Assembly: GCA_905178155.1 (NCBI GenBank)
Contig: CAJINV010000009.1
Coordinates: 2,209,373 to 2,273,372 of the forward strand
Origin: Amoebophrya sp. A120
Taxonomy: Eukaryota > Protista > Dinoflagellata
DNA length: 64,000 nucleotides
Direction of reading: 5' to 3'
How positions within the stretch are numbered: the stretch's first letter is position 1; the number at the start of each line of letters is the position of its first letter. The notes under the pieces were generated by a model. It searched no databases. It was not told the DNA's origin and saw only the letters and a program-made list of their open reading frames with translations. A program made the position numbers and the translations under genes. This document shows positions 37,987 through 47,421 of this stretch, one piece after another.

Positions 37987-39493
37987 TTTCAAAAGAAAAC
38001 GAAGATAGAAAAACTATAGTAGTGATGAAAGAATTTTACGGATAAGAAGTTAGGTGAAAAGAAAAGCGCCACCGCACCGTCATCACGACGTGTGACGATG
38101 ATACTGTTACCCAGTAAAGGGTTCACAAGAGTGAGATTTTAGTTATGGGGTTCCGCAACAACACATATCAAATGAAAAAGCTAACTGGAACGGGAGGAAA
38201 AACAGGGGTATTAATAGGAATGGCTCAAATCTGTTTTTCCTTGATGTCTATTTTTGTGCAGCATCCCAATCTCAATCTTAACAACATGAACATACTAGAT
38301 CCTCTTTCTCATCTTCGACTACACACATTATATACAGATAGAGTTGACCTCATCAAGTTAACATACAACATGCTGACCACGAACCAGCAATGGATCTTTA
38401 CTTTTTACCTTCCGCAGCTAAGAAAAAGGCCGGATCTTGGTACGCTAGCTCCTGTTTCGTCTTCAATATGATCGTTTGTCGTCTTCGAAAACGTAACTAA
38501 CACGAAGGGATCGAAATGCTGAACGAATGCTGATGAATCACTACAGCAAACTAGCACCAGAAGAATACTTCGAAGGATCTGATGGGTTGATGTAGTGCCG
38601 CTCTTGCAAATTGCACACCAGATACTGGCGCTGCTATTTTTGCTGATCGTAATACAGCCGAAATTGTGATGTTTTACAGTGAGACCTTCGAAGATAGAGC
38701 ACCAGAATAGAGTTTGTTAGAGCCTCACGAGGAAAGAACAAAACCAGGTTTATCTTTATTGATCCTCATCTGCAGATGCACGGTCACCTGCGATCGTGAA
38801 TGTGATTGGCTCGAGATAGTTACTTTCGAGTACTTTTGCGGTCGAGGTCATGCTATTGCGATGATGTCGATAGATCGAGATATTTACTTTTGGGGTGGGT
38901 ACTTGATATCCATATCTGCCACATCATGTGGGTGTGAGCAGCCTTCTTGTTAGCGTGTCGCGTCGATGTTCAGCTTCTGCGTGTGCCTTGTGCTGTGAGT
39001 GAGAAGATGCAGCACGCGCTCAACTCGCATATACATGCATTACGACTTCTCCAAAACCACGAATACCATGGGTTCTAGGATTGCGATTTTTCATTTTTAT
39101 TTTTATTGTGCCGTCTCTTTTATAGTTCCGATCACCTTGTGGTGATGATGGAAGTCGATCTTCGGATCATCTACTTTAGTAGTAGCAGAGAACGGCATGT
39201 GAATGTAAATCGTGGTCGAAACTACTTAAGATCTATCTTCGTCGAGCTTCATTAAAGTCAAAACACTTGACGCGTCGCCGTCCTGGGTCATAATTTCGCA
39301 GTAAAAAGTTGTAAGTTACAGGGGTGATGAAGAGGGTAGGGGTACGAGCACGAGAAAGAAAAATGGAATACAGGTCGCTTTGAAATTTCTGTGGCTGGCG
39401 TGACGCCTCCAGTCATGGTCGCGAACAAAAAAAAAACCACACCACCGCAACCGGCCACTCTCTCAAAACCAACACAGGAGCTTGCTCCAGCCT

Positions 39494-41775
39494 CTACACA
39501 CGTCCACCTAAGGACAGCTGGCTGTCGCCGCTTTCCCAGCTTGCAACACTGCTGACGCTGTCCCGGGTCTCCCCAGATTTGATCCCGGCGCGGGATCGGC
39601 CTCCGTGGGTGGAGCTAGTCGGGTGCAGGTTCGATATTCCCGCAGTCGTGGTTACTTCGGGGTTTACTTTGTTGCTCTTGCCAGCGCGTCCGATCGGAGT
39701 TTTTGTGCCCCCAGCCGAAAAATCGTCATCGTCGTCCACAGCGGACGCCTTCCCCGGGTAATCTTCCCGCAACCATTTGCGCCAGCGGCGCTTGACCTTT
39801 GCCTTCCCGACGGTGGCAAACAAAATGCAGCTGCCGGTAGCGACGAAAACGCCGAGCAGGTGTGGGAGCCAGACCGCCGTGTTGTCGTAGAAAAAGTACC
39901 CGACGATCGTCCAAATGATGCAACCGGCGAGACCTGCGATCGCCATCTCCGGAGCGCCGAGAGGGCCGACGTCCCGGGAAAAGTACACGTTGGGAAAGTG
40001 CAGAGCCGGGGAGCACACCTGGTCGCGTTCAGTTTATTTGAATGCCTATTGACATCGAACTACAGGAAAAGGAAGAGGAAGAAGAACTAGAACTCTACGG
40101 CGCATCATATGAAAAACAATTCAATTACGAGCGCAGGACTCACGTTGTTGTTGAAATTTCAACGCGGCAATTCTACAATGAACTCAAAGCGCATCTTTAT
40201 CGAAAAACACTATACCAAAACGAGCATAACCGCCGATGCCAGGCTGGCCAGTGATTCGATGCTGAAGAAGAAAGCGCTGATGAGCCCCAGGACGAACAGC
40301 AATCCTATGATCTGCAATTGCTGGTTAAAGAGCGCCCGCTTTTCCAAATCCTTCTGACAATTCTTGTAGAAGGTGAAGACGTAGAAGCTGTTAAACGACA
40401 GACCGGAGGTGTTGGACAGGATCAGAATCGGCTCGAAAATCAGGATGGTGTACAGCAGCCAAAGGGAATTACAGCTCATTGCAGATGTGAAGGGTGTCGG
40501 GGAAAGCGTCAGCACTGTGCCGTCTCTCTTCACCTGGAGCATTCGCTGCATCGGCGCGAGCTGGCACGCGATATTTATGACCAGACCGAGCCTCTCCAGC
40601 AACATTTGGACAAAGATCCCAGAGGAGGTCTGCACGACTTCAATGTGTGTTTTCTTCGTCTCGAGGACCAACTGCTGCTCCGTGCCGTCACTGTTGATTA
40701 CCGCTTGGTTCTGATTCAGGTGCACGATCTTCCCATCCTTCGTCTGTACTGCAACAACCTCCTTCATCGGGTCGGCTTTTTTCGCCACCTTTACTCCTTT
40801 GTGGTGCTGTGAGGCTGTTGAAGCTGATGAACTAGTCGGCGCGGCGTGGGACGAAACGGGCGTACTGCCACCGCTCCTTGCGGTGTTATCTCCGCCATCC
40901 GGGGTTCCCGGAGAGGACTCTTGCTCAACCATAATTTTCACTTTTTTTTCTGTCGGCGCACCCGCATCGCCACTTTTAGACGCGGGTTTTGAAGAAGCAT
41001 AGCCAAGCGGACCTTTTGCTGTCGCGTCCTGTTGACTCGGACGGAGTTCGCGGGTGTGGACAGCCGTTCCGGGTTGCACGACAGCGGGCGTGCGCGTGGT
41101 AGAAGGGCCGACAGGGGTTGCACTACTAGCCGCAGGTGTTGTTGACGCCGTGTTTGATGTCGAAGCAGGCGGTACAACGACTTCCGCTGTTTCTCCTGTC
41201 GGCTTGCTAGTACTGTGGTTAGTGCTCTGTGAATTCTCTTGCAACAGAAGAACTGGTGGCTTTTCGTCAGTTTTCGATGACTGCGAAATCTCGTCGTGCT
41301 TGTCTTGACTTCTCGAGGAGGTTGAAGAAGAGGAGCTCGTCGACGATGCATGATAATCCCCATCCTTCGAGAAGTTCGTCGTCTCATCTTCTGCATGCCT
41401 CGCACCCGAGGTGGACCGCTCTTGTTCTATTACACTCTTTGCTCCAGCATCCTCCTTGATACCTGTTTCTTCTCTTTCATCACCTACACTCACAGTCGAC
41501 GGGGGAATCGGCCAGCTACTTTCATGATCCACAGCTGGAGCGTTGGAGGTCGCATCTGGTGGTGCTGCCGTTGAACTGGAAAGTTGATCTGTTGAGTCAT
41601 GCGCACCCGTACTGCTCGGCGTCGGCTCTGTTCCGTTTTCATTTCTTTTGGTTGACGACGCTAAAAACTGCCGACCTGGAGTAACCTGCTCTGGTAATGC
41701 TGCATCCTCGGAGTCAACAAATCCGACACGCAAAATGACCAGCGTGGCAAAAAGAGTGCCGCGAAAGGAGATCAT
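39494..41775 (-). CDS. SWEET (MtN3/saliva) family sugar transporter with signal peptide and long S/T-rich N-terminal extension, ~694 aa, 2 exons (41775-40216, 40018-39494)
   Basis: Two MtN3 repeats: LGLVINIACQLAPMQRMLQVKRDGTVLTLSPTPFTSAMSCNSLWLLY...ILSNTSG and LVCSPALHFPNVYFSRDVGPLGAPEMAIAGLAGCIIWTIVG...VWLPHLLG. Joined in frame by GT-AG intron 40019-40215. Confidence 0.85.
40019..40215 (-). other. Conventional GT-AG intron (197 bp) in SWEET gene
   Basis: TTG|gtatag...gaccag|GTG, phase 0, restores the second MtN3 repeat. Confidence 0.8.
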
Positions 41776-43305
41776 CGCGCGTGCCTGCACGTAGCTCGCC
41801 AGATAGGCCGCCGGTCCTCGGAAGCTTAACTCCAAGAGCAGCTCCAGCTGGAAAGAGCTGGAGTTGAAAATGATACACCGACGATAACAAGGACCATCTT
41901 CAACTACTTACTTATTTGTGAAAGAATTCTTTTGCGCCTTTCGACTTTATCATGTTGTCCAAATTTCTACAACAGACAATACTTCTATCCGACGCAGATT
42001 CAGGCTCGCGATCTGCTTTTAAAAATGAGAAAAACAAAAATCAGCTTAAAATAAAGTCAAACACTCTTGGCAAACTCCAATGCTGTAGAGGAAACACTGA
42101 AAACAATCATAAAAATGCCTGCGGAGAACAAATGAAGATACGAGGATAGATATGGCGGCAGTATGGACGTGGTTTGTTATGTCATTGAGAAACAGACACC
42201 GACACAAAGATCTGTGTTTTACCAAGAGCGTAGATCGTAGTAGTAGAACAACCGAATCCACCGCGTTCCGTATCCGTGCTCAACAACTAATTCTTCAGCA
42301 TTAACATTTTTACGTACTCCAGAGCTAGATCTTTCTCTTCGTCGCTGTCAACAAAAATTTACGCAACAATTCCAAATTATTTTATTCTGATCGGATCATT
42401 TTATTTTTCCTGATCATGGGCTCTGCTCCTAAGCTTCCTTGCAGTGAGATCATGCGAATAGCCGATTTTGTTTTTGACTCCATCTACATACGCAATATAG
42501 GCTTGTCTCAACCAGACCGCCGGACAGCTGCCAGCAGCACCTGTTGCGCGATGTCCGAGGGGTGGATGAAAAGTATCCGCAGAAATCGAAGAGTTTTTAG
42601 TCTTCTTCTATCTTGAATGCAGGTCGCTCGTTGCAGAATTTCGCGATCAGGACTGCAGTAAAGACAGCGGTATGACTTCAATGCTCCACGGAACATTTGC
42701 TGACAGTCTGTGAACAGGCATCCGAGTGCATTTTGCAGCTGTCTGACTCCCTGTCCCTCTCTCTTAGCAGCTCCCGGTTGCGTCATAGATTCATTTTCAA
42801 GCTGTACTTAATGTGCGCAGGACTCGCTCCATAAAGCCCCTTCCTGTCTTTGCCCATTCACCAATCGTGGTCTCGATGTTGTTTCTATTTGTACAATCAT
42901 GCAGTCAACATGCTAACAAACTCAGTGCGCACCAGACAGGAAATCATATAATTGGACAGAAACTTGCTTTGATATGTAAGGATTTAGTAAGGATAGAAGT
43001 TGTACCAAGTGCAAAAACAGTAACAAAAAAGAAACAGTAAGAGTAACAGAAACTCGCGTCGCACACAAACACACATATTTAAAAAACGAAAAGTTGCTTT
43101 GATATGGAAGGATTTGATATACTGAAGTCTATTTTGTCCAAGTTATTCCCGGTCTGGCTGTACTCTCTTTTCATTTGTTTTTTCTTTATAAAATATCTTC
43201 ACCCCGCTGCTGCAAGCATCATACATTGACCAAAATCCGGAACGTGGCTCTGGGGCCGGACTACGAGTGGTCCGCGTGAAACCTTTAAACAGCATCTAAC
43301 TTTCT

Positions 43306-46300
43306 TTACTTCGCTTTGCGCGTCTGCAAGAAGCCGCTGAGCGTGCCCATGTCGTTCTCCTCTGCGTCTTTGGAGTGGGTCTCCAGAATCTGCAGGGCAT
43401 CCTTCAACGACGCAATCTCCTCCTCGCGGCGCTTTTTGCGGGCTTCGAACTGGTCTCCGGCGTTGACGCAGGCCTCTTGCCGGGCCTTTAAAATTTCCTT
43501 GGCGGTCTCGAGCGCACCCTTCTTGGTTGACTGCTGCTCCTGGTACTTCTCCAGGTTGACCTTCTCGGTGTCAATCTCGCCGGTCAACCGCTCGATCTCC
43601 TTCTCGCACTCCGCGATGTCCTTTTCCATGGTTTCCTTGCGCTCCTGGTTCTTGTACTGCTCAGACTCGTAGTTTTTGTCACCGTCCACAATCACACCGT
43701 CGCACCCGATGTTCTCGCCCTTCCGGGTCTCGAAGCTGTCCTCCGCGACGCAGCCAGACTGTTTATTTTCATTCTCTGTGCATTGCGCGGAGTTGAATTA
43801 GCATAATTCCTGCAGCTCCAAATGCAAACACCAAATCGCCTCCCACATTTTTCTTCTATACATTAACTCAAAACTACGAATCAACGTCCCAGTTTCGAAA
43901 ATCTAATTTTAAACTCTCTTCTACCTCCATCTTGGCCTGATCCGCGGCCCAGGAGTAGTCCGACTCGATCCCGGTGAGCAGGTCGATCACGGATCCGCCG
44001 GACGTGGTGCGCTGACTGCTGAAGTCGCCGGTCGCGCTCTCGCCGTAGATTTCCTTCAGGAACCCGATGGCCTCCTGCAAAGCAGCTTCCCCGGAAACCT
44101 TTTCTTCCAAGAGATCCTTGTAGTAGCTGTCCTTCTCACCCATGAGCTTCTCTAAGGCTGCGAGGTCGGTCTCGAGCGTCTCTTTTTCTGTCGTCTCCTC
44201 GTTGAATTCGGTGTTGAGCTTGACCAGCAAGGCTTCGGTGTCCTTGACCAGCGTGACCGCGGCCTGGTGGTCCGTGTCGGCATCGTCAGAGGCGCCCTTC
44301 ATCTTCTGCAGGCTCTGCGCGCACCAGTCGGACTTCGAGGTCTCCGCGTCCTGTTCGTCTTCCAGCCGGGTAACCATGGTCTCGATCAGGTTCCGAACGG
44401 ATTTAAAGTAGTCCGGCTTGGAAACCTGCAAGTTCATCTGCAGAGCGACGGAGGAAAGGCGAGAGCCTGATGATATTTGAATGATTGGCTATGATTTTGC
44501 AATTCCAAAACATAGCGCAAATGAACCCATGCCAGAAGGCCAAACTAGCTCCACCGATCTCCGACAGCGGGTCTACGGCTCTTCTACGGAGAGTTTTCAT
44601 CACATATAGCTGGTTTATTTATGCGCGTTCTAAATCGTCGCGTCACAACTGCACTGGTAAACAAAAACAAGGCGAGTACAAGCTTCTTCGATAGTCTTAA
44701 AACTATCTGGCGAGCCAGGTAAAAAAAACAATAGTACTGTGCAAAACCGCGGCGGACGAGGCGATGCTCTTCAGGACGTTGGCAACCCGCTGACGCAACT
44801 CCTTGTCGTCCGAGCCCAGCTGCAAGAAACTCTCGCCGGCCGGCGCCGGGACCTTCTGCAACGCTGCAATAGCGCCGGTCAACCCGGAGATCTCGGCGGT
44901 CAACAGCTTTGTGCTCGCGTCGTACGCGACCGCGGCTTTTTGGCACGTTTCGGTCGTCTCGGCCACGCCCTTCTTGGCGGTTGTGCGAATTTCCTTCTCG
45001 TCCACCAGGGCGGACTGCGTCTCCCCCAACTTTCCCTTGGTGTCCGACAACTCGGCCTCGAGCTTCTCGGAAGCGGCGATGGAAAGATCTAATATGGCGC
45101 TCTCAAACGTTACATTCTCAACTGTTACACGATTTGTCATGCAAAATTGCCTTCAGAATCGACAGCATCAAGCTGCTACGCCTGACAAATTATCAGAGGG
45201 CCAAACAGGCTGATAATCGGTGCCAAGTCTGTCATGCAAGACGCGCAAGATTCCCCCTATCACTTTTGCCATTCATTCTTGCATCGCAAACTCATGTAAC
45301 AGTTGAGAATGTAACAGTTGAGAACGCCATATCTAAAAAGCCCTGGTTGGAAGAAATTGCCTCCTCCAAGTCGTGGATCTTCGCCTGACATTCATCCTCG
45401 CCCTGCTGAATCTCGGTTTTCCTGTCGAAAGCGTGCTTTCGCAGCTTCGTCACCATGGTAACGACGGCTTTGCTGCTCGAGTTATCAAATGCAAAAATGT
45501 CTGGGTCTGGAAGAGTCATGCTGTTTTTGCATGACAAAGAAGGGCTGGCATGGAGGCTCTAGCATCACAGGTTTCGACAAGCGTTCACAATGCCGAATCC
45601 GCATGACAAATCACCCCTTTTGGTGACAGAAAGTGGAAACTTTTGCTGCCTTTGCATGAGAGATTTTTTTGTGCTCTGTAATGCGCATTACAAGTTTGTA
45701 TCTCCAGACCCAGACATTTTTGCATTTGATACGAGTCCTGCATCAGGGTCAGAACCTTGTCGCACGCCGCCATCATGGCATATGAAAGCCTCAGAATGGA
45801 AATCCTCAAAGTGGAAATGATTTGTGATGCATGAAATGCGACGCAAAATAGACTGTATTGCCGAGAACGCAATGGAGGCTGACTATTGTCCTGCTAGGGG
45901 TCAAGAATTGGAGTGCTGCTTAGCACGACAGAAGGGCCCCCCCTTGCCTTAAGCTGCATGACAGACACGCTTTAAGTGCCCGGGAAATTTGTCATGCGCC
46001 GACTATAAATGGCGCTCCAACTGGAGTCGTTTTTTTGCATTACAAATTATTTTCACTTTGAGGATTTCCAACCTGAGGCTTTCATATGGCATCCAGCTTG
46101 CGGACGCGCTCCTCGCATTCCTGCTTAGTGGTGTCCAGAAGGGTGGTGTCACCACCTGGTGGTTTTTGTTTGTTGTATCACTATCAATCCTTGTTCCGTT
46201 TATCCGAGCCACTTTTAAAAATGATTCCTGCACGCATATTTTTCTACACACAGACGACAAGCAGCGGTAGTGCTAGGAAGCGAAAAAGTGGGATTCCAAA

Positions 46301-46861
46301 TAAGCAGAATTCGTTTTTGTTTCACATCCATAAAAGTAAAGATCTCGCGAGCATGTGCTTACTGATTTCCTCCTTCAAGTAGGGCTGGTTAATGCTCTTC
46401 AGTTCTTCGATGGCTGCGTCTTGCTCTGTAGTTGTCTCCTCTGCAAAATTCACAGCCTTCTCGCCCTCGCTGTTTAACTTCTCTGTGAATTCCGCCTGGA
46501 TGGACGCTTCTAAATCGGATTTACTGGTCTTGTATTTGGCAATCCTCTTTACCAAAGCGTCCTTTTTTGCCGTGAGCTCTTCCTCAATGGCGTCGAGCCT
46601 GTCTATTTCCTTCTGTGCCATTTCAAATTGCTCCGTGTAGGTGCGCATGTCGTCGCGGCAGTCGCAGGCTGTTTTGTCATACAGGTCCGCCTTCTCTTTG
46701 CTGTCCTTCTCTGAGTTCTTCAGGAGCGTCTTCAACGTCTTAATTACGCCACTGATTGCATTTCCCTTGATTCCCGCTCTCTTCGTGGATGTGGATGCTG
46801 CAGACGCAGTTGCTATGCTCGCTGCGGCAAGCAGCCCGATTTTGCCGGGCACTACCCGCAT
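43306..46861 (-). CDS. Secreted acidic coiled-coil protein of the dinoflagellate FLQ-motif type (possibly extrusome/trichocyst-matrix-like), ~700 aa, 7 exons (46861-46363, 46155-46087, 45775-45732, 45477-45332, 45087-44738, 44466-43925, 43758-43306)
   Basis: Signal peptide, heptad-rich acidic sequence, spaced Cys, SFLQ motif, DYFKSVRNLIETMVTRLEDEQ, SVIDLLTGIESDY, C-terminal ACV...FEARKKRREEEIASLKDALQIL. Three GT-AG introns (46156-46362, 44467-44737, 43759-43924) plus three TIR elements give a 2,103-nt open frame. Functional label is inference. Confidence 0.85.
45093..45331. mobile_element. Introner-like TIR element 6 (239 bp)
   Basis: 37-bp TIR tatggcg(c/t)tctcaa..gttacattctcaactgttaca with 3 mismatches and a 15-bp tandem unit. 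TSD tctaa (45088-45092 / 45332-45336). Removal gives NQGFLDLSIAASEK. Confidence 0.93.
45483..45731. mobile_element. Introner-like TIR element 7 (249 bp), same family as element 3
   Basis: Perfect 29-bp TIR tatcaaatgcaaaaatgtctgggtctgga. TSD cgagt (45478-45482 / 45732-45736). Removal gives LMQDSSSKAVV. Confidence 0.95.
45781..46086. mobile_element. Introner-like TIR element 8 (306 bp)
   Basis: ~51-bp TIR tatgaaagcctcag..tggaaatcctcaaagtg... with 5 mismatches. TSD tggca (45776-45780 / 46087-46091). Removal gives RKLDAMMAACDKV. Confidence 0.95.
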
Positions 46862-47421
46862 CCTTAAATTCAGAAAACCTAGTGCCCCGTAGTCTTGCTG
46901 AAAGCGCGGAGAATGAGCGAAACAATCATGGTAGGCGAAAAACTTGAGTTATTTTTGAGAAAAAACAGCACGAACAAAGCAAGATAGTCGGATCTGGAGT
47001 TGCTTGCCAACAAAAGAGAAGATCTTCATGCGAAAATTCGCATTCCAAATACCTAGTTATCATGCTGAACAACGGTTGTTGAAAGATGAGGATCTTCTTT
47101 GCTTCGAACACCATAACTTTTTAGAATAAAGCCGGTCCCCCGCGTCACGCGTTTTGACACATCGTCATTTTTTGATAGCTCTTAGCTGCGTTCCATCCTG
47201 TTCATGATCGTCCACTCCGCCTTTTCATATCTCTGTCACAGAGAGACCTTGTTCTATTTGTGCGCTCGCGCTGTACCTCTCTTTACATCTCATTCATTCA
47301 GAAGATTAAGATTATAGTTATACCCTTTGAGTCATGCTCATTAAATTGTCGTACCAACCTTACTCAAACGGTCAAAAAACGCTCCACCTGTGTGTGCCAG
47401 CGCAACTCCCAAAACTCATTT

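Noticed and set aside
41842-41863. 8-bp hairpin ctccagct-ggaaag-agctggag upstream of the SWEET ATG
   Set aside because: Too short to distinguish from chance; not a terminator in this eukaryotic context.
42964-43115. 22-bp near-duplicate ttgctttgatatg(t/g)aaggattt in an intergenic region, and the nearby 92-aa ORF 42508..42786
   Set aside because: Two short copies only with no associated structure; the ORF has no motif or support.
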